Source of the DNA: Candidatus Latescibacterota bacterium
GTDB lineage: Bacteria > Latescibacterota > UBA2968 > SICM01
Direction of reading: 5' to 3'
Assembly (NCBI GenBank): GCA_965217865.1
Contig: CBDCJO010000002.1
Coordinates: 4,000,001-4,064,000 of the forward strand
DNA: 64,000 nucleotides
Positions 32,736 to 42,238 of the stretch are shown in pieces. The notes below the pieces were generated by a model. That model saw nothing but the letters and a program-made list of their open reading frames with translations. It ran no database searches and was not told where the DNA came from. How positions within the stretch are numbered: the first letter of the stretch is position 1; each line of letters begins with the position of its first letter. The translations under genes were made by a program, and so were the position numbers.

Positions 32736-33911
32736 ATGATCGTTAAACCCAGGGTTCGAGGATTCATATGCACCACCGCTCATCCTGTAGGATGCGCCCT
32801 TTGTGTTCAAGAACAGATCGACTGGGTCAAATCCCAAAACACAATCGACGGCCCTCGGAACGCCCTCATCATCGGGGCTTCAACGGGATACGGACTTGCT
32901 TCCCGCATTGTCGCTGGGTTTGGGTCCGGGGCTTCTACGATTGGCGTGTTCTTTGAAAAACCGGCATCGGGAAACCGCACGGCCACGCCTGGGTGGTACA
33001 ATACTGTGGCATTTGAAAGGGCCGCAAGAGAAGCGGGCGCCTATGCAAAAGGTATCAACGGCGATGCTTTTTCCGACGAGATTAAAGAAAAGACGATAGA
33101 GACCATAAAGAAAGAATTGGGAGAGGTAGATCTGGTGATCTACAGCCTGGCCGCTCCCAGGCGGATCCATCCGCGAACCGGTGAAACCTTCTCCGCTGTC
33201 CTCAAACCCATTGGAAGTCCCTTCACGGGTAAAACTGTAAATGTCGAGTCGGGTGAAGTTTCACGGGTCGGAATAGATCCAGCAAGTCCGGATGAGATCG
33301 CACATACCGTCGCCGTGATGGGAGGTGAAGACTGGGAGATGTGGATTCGCGCCCTTGGAGAGGCCGGGATTTTATCAGAAAGGATCCGAACCATCGCATA
33401 CACCTACATTGGTTCTGAGCTTACCAAACGGATATACAGAGACGGCACGATCGGAAAAGCAAAGGACCATCTGGAAGCGACCGCGCAAGCGTTGGATAAG
33501 TATCTAAAGGGGAAGGACGGAAGCGCCATTGTTTCTGCCAACAAGGCGATCGTTACTCAGTCCAGTGCGGCGATTCCCGTCGTTCCGCTCTATATTTCAA
33601 TTCTCTATAAGGTCATGAAGGATAAGGGTATCCACGAAGGATGTATCGAGCAGATGTACCGGCTGTTCAAAGATAGGTTGTATTCTGATAATCCTGTTCC
33701 TTTCGACGAAAAAGGCCGTATCCGTATCGACGAATCTGAGCTGAGAGAGGATGTGCAGTCCCTCGTTTTATCCTCGTGGGAAAAAGTGAATACCGAAAAT
33801 CTCGCATCCTTATCCGACATCGAGGGGTACCGATCAGAATTTCTAAAACTTTTCGGTTTCGGTCTTCCAGCCGTCGACTATGAGATCGAAGTCGATCCCA
33901 TAGGGAAATGA
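32736..33911 (+). CDS. fabV: Enoyl-ACP reductase / trans-2-enoyl-CoA reductase FabV
   Basis: MIVKPRVRGFIC, GASTGYGLASR, YSLAAP, VMGGEDW, Y..GTIG.AK. Confidence 0.95.
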   Translation: MIVKPRVRGFICTTAHPVGCALCVQEQIDWVKSQNTIDGPRNALIIGASTGYGLASRIVAGFGSGASTIGVFFEKPASGNRTATPGWYNTVAFERAAREAGAYAKGINGDAFSDEIKEKTIETIKKELGEVDLVIYSLAAPRRIHPRTGETFSAVLKPIGSPFTGKTVNVESGEVSRVGIDPASPDEIAHTVAVMGGEDWEMWIRALGEAGILSERIRTIAYTYIGSELTKRIYRDGTIGKAKDHLEATAQALDKYLKGKDGSAIVSANKAIVTQSSAAIPVVPLYISILYKVMKDKGIHEGCIEQMYRLFKDRLYSDNPVPFDEKGRIRIDESELREDVQSLVLSSWEKVNTENLASLSDIEGYRSEFLKLFGFGLPAVDYEIEVDPIGK

Positions 33912-33931
33912 AAAATGGAAATTGCAAAATG

Positions 33932-35261
33932 GGGATCTTCACGCAGAAGTATGGATAGATAGAAAAGCTCCACGAATTTTCAGGGCAAAGTAGTCGAAGT
34001 CTCTGAAGCCGAAGGCGATGCGCTTGATGACTTTGATCTTGTTGTTTATGCCCTCAACGATGCTTGTGTGGATGGGGTAGTCGCAGTGTGCCAGGATGCT
34101 TTCCTTGTGATATAGCAGCTTCCTGGTGAAGCGTATCAACGGCTTGATCCCGGAGTCAAGGGCTCTTTGACACCAGGCGTCGAGCCATCTGGCTGCCCAG
34201 GCTTTGCGTTTGTAGATCCAGACTCGTTTCAGGTCCTCTTTGAGGATGTAGACGGTGTTCAAACGTTGATTGATGGCCAGGAGATCGCGGAGTCGGGCTG
34301 GCTCATCGCGGTCGGTTAGCAAGTTCTTTCTGTTTTTGAGAAGTAGGTATTTGGTTCCTCGGATGATAGCCTTGTTGTCCTTGGAGGCTTTTCGACATTC
34401 ATCGATCCGAACCCGATCGATTACTTTCTGGGCATAGATCTGGAGCAGGTGGAAGGGATCATAGACCGTGGCAGCGTCAGGACAATGCTTGCGCTTCGCC
34501 TTGGCATAGCCGCGCCAAGCGTCCATCGCGATGGCCTGGATCCGGCTGCACTTTCCAGGGCCCAGCGCCTCGAAGAATGGATCCAGTGCTTCGGCGTTGC
34601 GGCCTTTGCCAACATATAGGACTTGTCCTGTTCCTGCATCAGCTACTGTAGTACCATAATCCTGGCCGCGTTTGACGGCGAACTCGTCAATGGCCAGCAG
34701 CGAGGCCTCAGTATCGCCTACGGCAGGCAAGTCGTCCTGTAAGGCCTTCTTGTCGATCTGTTTAACCACACTCCAGTGCAACCTGAACTGCTGGGCAATC
34801 GCTTTGATCGACCGGATTTCTCTGCAGGCCAAAGCTACAGCTCCAGCCAAGCGTTTGGTGTAACCAACACGAGGTTCCACCCAATCCAGATACTCAGTCC
34901 GAACGCCGCATGTCGCACAGCGTATCCGGCACTGGGAGAACTCGATCCAGACACGACCGAAGGGTCCGAAACTCAGATCCTTGACCGAACGTAGGCGGGA
35001 ATCATAGCAAGATCGATACGTCCGACCACAGGTGCAGCGGTACTCCTTTTCCCGTCGCGAGACCTCTATCCAAAGTGTCGAGAGATCCTCGCGGAACCTC
35101 AGCTTGATCACATAAAATCCTTGCAGACCAACCAGCCTGTCGATATAATCCTGTATAGCCATCGGGATTCTCCTTTCGTCAGGTTAGGTGCGTTACCCAA
35201 CTGTAGGAGAAAACCGGTGGCTTTTCTACATTATTGATCCACTCTTAAGCGTGAAGAACCC
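33932..35261 (-). mobile_element. ISL3-family insertion sequence, copy 1
   Basis: IRs GGGTTCTTCACGC / GGGATCTTCACGC. Flanks are duplicated: CAAAATGG if the ends are taken as GG, core AAAAT. Confidence 0.95.
33939..35162 (-). CDS. ISL3-family transposase
   Basis: Zn finger (C.CG...C..C), AIDEF, AMD, DPFH and EGINNKIK.IKR.AFGFR. Confidence 0.95.
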   Translation of the reverse strand: MAIQDYIDRLVGLQGFYVIKLRFREDLSTLWIEVSRREKEYRCTCGRTYRSCYDSRLRSVKDLSFGPFGRVWIEFSQCRIRCATCGVRTEYLDWVEPRVGYTKRLAGAVALACREIRSIKAIAQQFRLHWSVVKQIDKKALQDDLPAVGDTEASLLAIDEFAVKRGQDYGTTVADAGTGQVLYVGKGRNAEALDPFFEALGPGKCSRIQAIAMDAWRGYAKAKRKHCPDAATVYDPFHLLQIYAQKVIDRVRIDECRKASKDNKAIIRGTKYLLLKNRKNLLTDRDEPARLRDLLAINQRLNTVYILKEDLKRVWIYKRKAWAARWLDAWCQRALDSGIKPLIRFTRKLLYHKESILAHCDYPIHTSIVEGINNKIKVIKRIAFGFRDFDYFALKIRGAFLSIHTSA

Positions 35262-35398
35262 AAAATGGAAATTGCAAAAAGTAGGGGTAAGAGGTCCAGG
35301 AGTCAGGATCGGAAGTCAGGGGAAGTCAAAAACCAGTAGTCAGAGGACCGGGGTAAGGGGTAAGCAGTAGGGGTGGTGTTACAGAGAGGGCATTTGAC

Positions 35399-36724
35399 AT
35401 GGATAAACCGAACATTCTTTACATCCTCGCAGACGACCTGGGTTGGGCCGACGTGAGCATGCACGGTTCTCCGATCAGAACGCCGAACATCGACCGCCTT
35501 GCCCTTGAAGGAATTGAATTGACCCAACACTATGTCTGCCCGATGTGTACGCCGACCCGGGCTTCTCTGCTGACCGGCAGACACCCCAGCCGGTTCGGTC
35601 CTCACGCCACGGTTCCCTCGAACGCGCCTGTCCTTCCGGATGGGTACGCGACGCTGGCCTCTGTGCTCCGGAATTCGGGATACGACACGGGTCTATTCGG
35701 GAAATGGCATCTCGGGTCGTCCCCGCAGTTCGGGCCGAACCAATTCGGGTTCAACGCGGCTTACGGAAGCCTCGCGGGTGGGGTCGATCCCTACAACCAT
35801 CGATACAAACGGGGCGAATTCTGCGTCACGTGGCATCGCAACGGCGAACTCGTCGAAGAGAAGGGCCACGTTACGGATCTGATCGCTCGCGAAGCGATTC
35901 AGTGGATCGAGGGCCGAGATCAACCCTGGTTCTGTTACCTGCCGTTCACGGCCGTGCACGTTCCGGTAAAACCCACGGGGACGTGGCTTGACGAGTATGC
36001 CTTCGAGAAATTTGACGAGGACCTCTCCAAAGATGCGTCATTCAAAAAGTATGCGGCCTACACAAGCCATATGGACTGCGCCATCGGCCGGGTTCTCGAA
36101 TGTCTTGAAAAAATCTGCCAGCGAGAAAAGACGATCGTGGTTTTCGCTTCGGACAACGGCGCCATGAACGACTGCCCTTTGCACGAGACGGACAAGTATC
36201 CCGGATGGCAGGAAGCGTACCCTCGGCTCGGCAGCAACCTTCCTTACCGGGGGGTCAAAGCACAGCTCTATGAAGGGGGCATTCGCACGCCGATGGTGGT
36301 CAACTGGCGCGGCACGCTGTCTTCTCGAAAAATCGATCACCCCGTGCACGTGACGGACTGGATGCCGACGCTCACCGGGCTTGTGGAGGCCGCCCCGGAT
36401 GCGGATCCCCAGTGGGATGGAACCGACATCTGGCCTCTCATCTCCGGAGCGGATAGAGGGACACAGGAGCGGTGCTTTTTCTGGAATTTCATGGGGGATT
36501 CGCACCTCGGCGTGCGTTACGGGGACTGGAAGTTGATCACGGGAGACGGCCCAGACGCCCCCAAGACGGAGCTTTTCAACATTGCGGAAGATCCGTTCGA
36601 GGAGCGGGATCTGTATGCCGATCATCCGGAAATCGTAAATCAGTTGACGGAGAACCTGCGCGAACAACGGGAACTGGACAATAGTTCCAAACGGGAAGAG
36701 GTGGATTCCCCGCTCATGCCGTAG
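35399..36724 (+). CDS. Arylsulfatase (FGly-dependent, Cys type)
   Basis: PNILYILADDLG, CTPTRASLLTGR, GKWHLG, SDNG. Confidence 0.95.
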   Translation: MDKPNILYILADDLGWADVSMHGSPIRTPNIDRLALEGIELTQHYVCPMCTPTRASLLTGRHPSRFGPHATVPSNAPVLPDGYATLASVLRNSGYDTGLFGKWHLGSSPQFGPNQFGFNAAYGSLAGGVDPYNHRYKRGEFCVTWHRNGELVEEKGHVTDLIAREAIQWIEGRDQPWFCYLPFTAVHVPVKPTGTWLDEYAFEKFDEDLSKDASFKKYAAYTSHMDCAIGRVLECLEKICQREKTIVVFASDNGAMNDCPLHETDKYPGWQEAYPRLGSNLPYRGVKAQLYEGGIRTPMVVNWRGTLSSRKIDHPVHVTDWMPTLTGLVEAAPDADPQWDGTDIWPLISGADRGTQERCFFWNFMGDSHLGVRYGDWKLITGDGPDAPKTELFNIAEDPFEERDLYADHPEIVNQLTENLREQRELDNSSKREEVDSPLMP

Positions 36725-36741
36725 GATCGGTTCGAATCGAG

Positions 36742-37674
36742 ATGTCCCCCTATTACACGGGTCCTGCATCGACTGGCGCTCGATCACAACCGGAAAGAAG
36801 ATTTGTGGGGGAAGGATCGTTGATAAATTTTCCGCGTTCGACGTTTACCTGGAAGAGACATCCACGAGAGCCGGATCCGTACTATAAGTGGCCAGGGGGT
36901 TTCGTGGGCAAGCAGGGACAAATCTACCAGGTCCGTTTCAACCTCGAGTCCCGATGTGAAGTCACTGAGGGGGGGACGGGAAAGTCCGCGGAATTTTTCC
37001 TGGGCGTTCCGTGTCGCGGCGAGTACACGATCGCGCGCCGCAATCTATTCCAGATTCCGAACGCTGAATGGCGTTTTGCCTTCAGCCGGAAAACCTCCCT
37101 GAGTATTGCCAAGAAGTCAAGCATTGATGAGGAACCCTCATCCGCGTTCCCGTTCAGCGATAAATTCCAGAATTTCCGAATCGACATCCGGTCTTTCACG
37201 GAAGTCGAAGAACTGACGGACCCCCAACGGATTGTGGAAGCGACGCTGAACAACGAGGTCCTCAATGCCTGTTCGACCTACCGAGATGCCAAGCGGGATT
37301 TTACAGTGACCGTCGAGTATCCGGTCAATCTGATCAACGTAAATTCGGAGGAGGCCGAATTTCAGATCTGCACCGGACCTGTTCTTCTGCCTGACCTGAC
37401 GACCTGGAATGGGGAGGAGGTTGAGCGGATATTTGTGGCGCACGTAGCCATCACTGCATTCGACTATGTGGAGTTTATCTTGAGGAAAGAAATTGAAGCC
37501 GCGCCGGAAGAACGCGTATGGATGGATAAACCGCGTGGCAGGGACCGGTTTGAATTGATCGATCCGAACCGAGCACCTCCGGATTACCCACCGGAACGGC
37601 CTAAGCCAACGGTGTACAACGAGATCTGGGAACTAAAAGCCGACAACGTAATTCTGCGCGCGATGAACGCATGA
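36742..37674 (+). CDS. Hypothetical protein (likely start TTG 36820)
   Basis: Long ORF directly after the sulfatase; GAAGGA RBS before 36820. Confidence 0.65.
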   Translation: MSPYYTGPASTGARSQPERRFVGEGSLINFPRSTFTWKRHPREPDPYYKWPGGFVGKQGQIYQVRFNLESRCEVTEGGTGKSAEFFLGVPCRGEYTIARRNLFQIPNAEWRFAFSRKTSLSIAKKSSIDEEPSSAFPFSDKFQNFRIDIRSFTEVEELTDPQRIVEATLNNEVLNACSTYRDAKRDFTVTVEYPVNLINVNSEEAEFQICTGPVLLPDLTTWNGEEVERIFVAHVAITAFDYVEFILRKEIEAAPEERVWMDKPRGRDRFELIDPNRAPPDYPPERPKPTVYNEIWELKADNVILRAMNA

Positions 37675-37677
37675 GGA

Positions 37678-37917
37678 GAAGCAGTAGCAGTAGTGGAAAA
37701 ACAGAGGCAGGGGTTAGAGGTCGGAGGTCAGGGGCCAGGAAAGGCAGGATCAAGGTCAGAGGTCGGGGAAAATTGAAGATTCATCTAAAGCAGTAGCAGT
37801 GGCAGGAAAACAAAAGGCAGGGGTCGGAGGTCGGGAAAATTGAAGATTGAATATTGAAGATTGAGGCGAGATCCTTAAGGACACAAGAAAGTCCTGAGTT
37901 TTTTAATATTCAATTTT
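37678..37917 (+). repeat. Intergenic mosaic (GCAGTA, GAGGTCG, TTGAAGA) ending in the MITE-like element interrupted by ISL3
   Basis: Read directly. Confidence 0.75.
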
Positions 37918-39248
37918 GGGTTCTTCACGCTTAAGAGTGGATCAATAATGTAGAAAAGCCACCGGTTTTCTCCTACAGTTGGGTAACGCACCTAACCTGA
38001 CGAAAGGAGAATCCCGATGGCTATACAGGATTATATCGACAGGCTGGTTGGTCTGCAAGGATTTTATGTGATCAAGCTGAGGTTCCGCGAGGATCTCTCG
38101 ACACTTTGGATAGAGGTCTCGCGACGGGAAAAGGAGTACCGCTGCACCTGTGGTCGGACGTATCGATCTTGCTATGATTCCCGCCTACGTTCGGTCAAGG
38201 ATCTGAGTTTCGGACCCTTCGGTCGTGTCTGGATCGAGTTCTCCCAGTGCCGGATACGCTGTGCGACATGCGGCGTTCGGACTGAGTATCTGGATTGGGT
38301 GGAACCTCGTGTTGGTTACACCAAACGCTTGGCTGGAGCTGTAGCTTTGGCCTGCAGAGAAATCCGGTCGATCAAAGCGATTGCCCAGCAGTTCAGGTTG
38401 CACTGGAGTGTGGTTAAACAGATCGACAAGAAGGCCTTACAGGACGACTTGCCTGCCGTAGGCGATACTGAGGCCTCGCTGCTGGCCATTGACGAGTTCG
38501 CCGTCAAACGCGGCCAGGATTATGGTACTACAGTAGCTGATGCAGGAACAGGACAAGTCCTATATGTTGGCAAAGGCCGCAACGCCGAAGCACTGGATCC
38601 ATTCTTCGAGGCGCTGGGCCCTGGAAAGTGCAGCCGGATCCAGGCCATCGCGATGGACGCTTGGCGCGGCTATGCCAAGGCGAAGCGCAAGCATTGTCCT
38701 GACGCTGCCACGGTCTATGATCCCTTCCACCTGCTCCAGATCTATGCCCAGAAAGTAATCGATCGGGTTCGGATCGATGAATGTCGAAAAGCCTCCAAGG
38801 ACAACAAGGCTATCATCCGAGGAACCAAATACCTACTTCTCAAAAACAGAAAGAACTTGCTAACCGACCGCGATGAGCCAGCCCGACTCCGCGATCTCCT
38901 GGCCATCAATCAACGTTTGAACACCGTCTACATCCTCAAAGAGGACCTGAAACGAGTCTGGATCTACAAACGCAAAGCCTGGGCAGCCAGATGGCTCGAC
39001 GCCTGGTGTCAAAGAGCCCTTGACTCCGGGATCAAGCCGTTGATACGCTTCACCAGGAAGCTGCTATATCACAAGGAAAGCATCCTGGCACACTGCGACT
39101 ACCCCATCCACACAAGCATCGTTGAGGGCATAAACAACAAGATCAAAGTCATCAAGCGCATCGCCTTCGGCTTCAGAGACTTCGACTACTTTGCCCTGAA
39201 AATTCGTGGAGCTTTTCTATCTATCCATACTTCTGCGTGAAGATCCCC
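37918..39248 (+). mobile_element. ISL3-family insertion sequence, copy 2 (inverted relative to copy 1)
   Basis: Same IRs as copy 1; ATTTT on both flanks; identical transposase protein. Confidence 0.95.
38017..39240 (+). CDS. ISL3-family transposase
   Basis: Identical protein to 33939-35162. Confidence 0.95.
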   Translation: MAIQDYIDRLVGLQGFYVIKLRFREDLSTLWIEVSRREKEYRCTCGRTYRSCYDSRLRSVKDLSFGPFGRVWIEFSQCRIRCATCGVRTEYLDWVEPRVGYTKRLAGAVALACREIRSIKAIAQQFRLHWSVVKQIDKKALQDDLPAVGDTEASLLAIDEFAVKRGQDYGTTVADAGTGQVLYVGKGRNAEALDPFFEALGPGKCSRIQAIAMDAWRGYAKAKRKHCPDAATVYDPFHLLQIYAQKVIDRVRIDECRKASKDNKAIIRGTKYLLLKNRKNLLTDRDEPARLRDLLAINQRLNTVYILKEDLKRVWIYKRKAWAARWLDAWCQRALDSGIKPLIRFTRKLLYHKESILAHCDYPIHTSIVEGINNKIKVIKRIAFGFRDFDYFALKIRGAFLSIHTSA

Positions 39249-39363
39249 ATTTTCCGATATTAAATATTCAATGAAGTCGGGTTCGGATGTCGGAGGCCAG
39301 GGAAGGAAATTGCCAGGTGCAAAATGGAAAATGCAAAATTAAACGCAATTAGACCTCATGGGC

Positions 39364-39392
39364 TTGACTTTCCAAGCCGGAATGAGTAAATT
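39364..39392 (+). promoter_or_regulatory. Sigma70 promoter whose -35 lies in the left IR; probable leaderless transcript of the MTase-HNH gene
   Basis: TTGACT-17 bp-TAAATT; ATG begins 7 nt after the -10, with no SD. Confidence 0.7.
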
Positions 39393-39398
39393 CACGCC

Positions 39399-40622
39399 AT
39401 GCCCAACTTTAAGAACCGCACGATGTGGACGGGTGACAACCTGGACATCATGCGTGGTATGAACTCCGGGAGCGTAGACCTGATCTACCTCGATCCTCCT
39501 TTCAATAGCAAGCGGAACTATGCCGCACCCGTGGGGAGCGAGGCGGCCGGGGCTGCATTCAAAGACACGTGGACGCTTTCGGACGTGGACGAAGCATGGC
39601 ACGGAGAGATCGCAGACAAGCAACCGGCCCTATATTCGATCATTGACGCATCAGGCTTGGCGCACGGGAAAGGCATGAAATCGTATTTGATCATGATAGC
39701 CGTAAGGCTGCTCGAAATGAAGCGGTTGCTCAAGACAACCGGAAGTCTGTACCTGCATTGCGACCCCACGGCCAGCCATTACCTGAAGCTGCTCATGGAT
39801 GCTGTGTTCGGAAAATCCAATTTCAGGAACGAAATTGTATGGTGCTATACAGGTGCGAGCAATACACCTCGATGGTTTCCACGCAAGCATGACACGGTTT
39901 TGTGGTACTGCCGCAAAACGACTGCGTCGTTTTACCGTGATGCCGTGCGCGTACCGTATCATCCTGAAACGCTCGCCCGGAAAGGACGCGCAGATGACAG
40001 CTGGTTCACGAACGAAAAGCGGAGCAGGGCCGACGTTGAAACCATGCTTGGGGTTGGCAAGGTGCCGGAAGACTGGTGGGTCGGTATTCCAAAGCTGACC
40101 AATCAACGCGAACGTGTCGGCTATCCTACCCAGAAACCCCTTGCCCTCTTGGAGCGAATCGTTAAAGCGTCGAGCCAGGAGGGAGATATTGTCCTGGACC
40201 CATTCGCGGGCTGCGCCACCGCCTGCGTTGCTGCCGAAAAGCTGCACCGCCAATGGGTGGGTATAGACATATCGGAGAAAGCGGTTGATCTTGTTCAGGT
40301 CCGCATCCGGCAACTCGACCTGTTCAGCGACTTCACGCCCGTCAAGCGAACCGACGTTCCAAAACGAACGGACGTAGGCAAGCTTCCCAACTACCGTACA
40401 CATAGGCATGTCCTGTTCGGCAAGCAGGAAGGAATGTGCAAAGGGTGCCGTTCAACATTTCACTTCAGAAACTTCGTGGTGGATCATGTCACGCCCAAGA
40501 GCAAAGGAGGAACCGATCATCTGGACAACCTGCAACTGCTATGCGGAGCCTGCAACAGCGTCAAGGGATCCAACACACAGGAACATCTGATCTCCAAATT
40601 GAAGGCGGATGGTATCCTGTAA
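39399..40622 (+). CDS. Beta-class N6A/N4C DNA methyltransferase fused to a C-terminal HNH endonuclease
   Basis: GDNL, VDLIYLDPPF, YPTQKP and VLDPFAGCAT; then CKGC...DHVTPKSKGG...NLQLLCGACNSVKG. Confidence 0.92.
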   Translation: MPNFKNRTMWTGDNLDIMRGMNSGSVDLIYLDPPFNSKRNYAAPVGSEAAGAAFKDTWTLSDVDEAWHGEIADKQPALYSIIDASGLAHGKGMKSYLIMIAVRLLEMKRLLKTTGSLYLHCDPTASHYLKLLMDAVFGKSNFRNEIVWCYTGASNTPRWFPRKHDTVLWYCRKTTASFYRDAVRVPYHPETLARKGRADDSWFTNEKRSRADVETMLGVGKVPEDWWVGIPKLTNQRERVGYPTQKPLALLERIVKASSQEGDIVLDPFAGCATACVAAEKLHRQWVGIDISEKAVDLVQVRIRQLDLFSDFTPVKRTDVPKRTDVGKLPNYRTHRHVLFGKQEGMCKGCRSTFHFRNFVVDHVTPKSKGGTDHLDNLQLLCGACNSVKGSNTQEHLISKLKADGIL

Positions 40623-40640
40623 ATCGAAAGGAGAATTCAA

Positions 40641-40748
40641 ATGGCAGACGAAAAAAACAACGACCAAAAACAGACACCGCCACCACCGCCACCACCGCCA
40701 CCACCGCCTCCTCCGCCCCAGCCAGAACGAGTCACTAAAGGCGGTTAG
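40641..40748 (+). CDS. 35-aa polyproline micropeptide (MADEKNNDQKQT-P14-QPERVTKGG)
   Basis: AAAGGAGA SD upstream; follows the MTase-HNH stop; Pro codons vary at the third position; its stop overlaps the convergent gene's stop. Confidence 0.6.
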   Translation: MADEKNNDQKQTPPPPPPPPPPPPPPQPERVTKGG

Positions 40749-41275
40749 CGAAGTGTGTTGTGTAAGAGAAGGCACGCGAGATTTAATAAAACAGAGAGTG
40801 CTATGCATCCATAGCACCACGTGGCAAGACATGCCTTCTGGCCAACGATGGAGCGGTTGTGTTTTATTTGTTTCTTCAGACCATTGAACCTTTCACGTTC
40901 AAACAGTTCATCAGCTTTTTGATCGGCTTCCGGTTTGCCCTCAAAATACTTTTTTAGTTCTTGATACCAGGGATCCCATTTCTCTATGCTTTCGGTCTCA
41001 TGGCAACGTGGCCAGAGAATAATCAGTGCCAGAATTCCGCCCACACTAAGGGCTATTGCAGAGAGAGTTTGGGCAGATGATACAACTACGTGTGCAGTGT
41101 CAAGGTTAAGAAAATAAGCGGTTTGTGTGGACAGAAACGTGATCAGAATCAACGAAACGCTTGCTTTGACGTCAAGTGTGTCCGACAAGCTGAAGAACAG
41201 TTTGTCTTTCTCTTCAATTCTATTAATAAGTTGAGTCATTGGCTTCATTTCTGCGACCTCCATATTAAGAAACAC
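40745..41275 (-). CDS. Small 3-TM membrane protein resembling the Pycsar TM effector (PycTM/DUF5706-like)
   Basis: LDVKAS-TM1, TM2 ending LWPR, soluble loop, QI..N..IV..K-TM3; lower GC; directly downstream of the transposase. Confidence 0.6.
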   Translation of the reverse strand: MFLNMEVAEMKPMTQLINRIEEKDKLFFSLSDTLDVKASVSLILITFLSTQTAYFLNLDTAHVVVSSAQTLSAIALSVGGILALIILWPRCHETESIEKWDPWYQELKKYFEGKPEADQKADELFERERFNGLKKQIKHNRSIVGQKACLATWCYGCIALSVLLNLACLLLHNTLR

Positions 41276-41276
41276 T

Positions 41277-42161
41277 CTACGCGAAGCACCCCTTCATGAA
41301 CGTGTCAAACGTCCGCTTGTTCTTCCGGTTGTTGTATTTGTAACACGCCTCAGCCACATAGAACGGCGTGTAACGCTTCGTGTAGTGATGATGGGAACCG
41401 TACCAGGCACGCTTGAGCAGAGACCACACGCCTTCAATCGTATTCGTGTGTATGTCACCGTCCGCATAATGCCTGGCATGGTGGATCACAGCGTGACTCA
41501 TGATTTGCCTTACGGTATTATAAGCACTGTATTCATCCGTGACAAGCATCGACCCTTCGGGGTCTATCGCCTGCTTGACGAAGGCCAGAACTCCCTTGCC
41601 AGATAGATCGTCCGCCACACGGGCAACCACCTTCCCGCCACGCTCCACTGCCCCTATAACCGGAGTCTTGCGGGTTCCGCGCCCCCTGGGAGCGTTGCCG
41701 CCGCCTCCTGACCGCTTGTTACGCTTCCGTGGCTTGCCTCCTACGTAGGTCTCATCTGCCTCGATGATTCCTCGCAAGAGCACTCTACCATTCCTTGTCG
41801 CCATCTCGGCACGAATCCGCTGTTGCATATACCATGCCGACCGCTGGGTAAGGTTCAGGTCCCGGGCAAGCTGACAACTGGACAGGCTCTTCTTGGCGTT
41901 CACGATCAAGGCGATTGCCATAAACCACTTCTGAAGCGGCAGGTACGTTTTCTGAAATATTGTCCCTGAAAGAACATTGAAGCTGGACCCGCAGGCATGA
42001 CAGTTCCAGCGTCCAACGCGGTTACGGTCCTTCTTGCGGGCAACGTCACCAACGACACCGCAGAGCGGACAAAACGGATCATCTCCGAATCTCACCCGCT
42101 CAAGGTGATCAATGCATGATTCCTGAGTAGGGAACCTTTCAATCGCCGTCAACAAGTTCAT
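41277..42161 (-). CDS. IS1595-family transposase
   Basis: CPLC...CHAC Zn ribbon, HTH (SSCQLARDL), EADETY, LVTDEY, HTNTIEGVW; strong SD. Confidence 0.95.
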   Translation of the reverse strand: MNLLTAIERFPTQESCIDHLERVRFGDDPFCPLCGVVGDVARKKDRNRVGRWNCHACGSSFNVLSGTIFQKTYLPLQKWFMAIALIVNAKKSLSSCQLARDLNLTQRSAWYMQQRIRAEMATRNGRVLLRGIIEADETYVGGKPRKRNKRSGGGGNAPRGRGTRKTPVIGAVERGGKVVARVADDLSGKGVLAFVKQAIDPEGSMLVTDEYSAYNTVRQIMSHAVIHHARHYADGDIHTNTIEGVWSLLKRAWYGSHHHYTKRYTPFYVAEACYKYNNRKNKRTFDTFMKGCFA

Positions 42162-42209
42162 TTTCCTTCCTCCTCTTTTTTGGTTAAGTTGGTTGTTTTC
42201 ACTACACTT

Positions 42210-42238
42210 AATATAACCGAAAAGAGGGTAAAAGTCAA
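42210..42238 (-). promoter_or_regulatory. Transposase promoter with -35 in the right IR
   Basis: TTGACT-17 bp-TATATT on the minus strand. Confidence 0.7.

Noticed and set aside
33932-39248. Composite transposon that inserted as one unit
   Set aside because: Each ISL3 copy has its own reconstructable target site, so independent insertions explain the flanks better.
40609-40887. His/Arg-rich ORF (HRHHRHH) and the antisense Trp/Arg-rich ORF 40539-40832
   Set aside because: These are alternative frames of the CCA/CCG run; only the polyproline frame has an SD and ATG.
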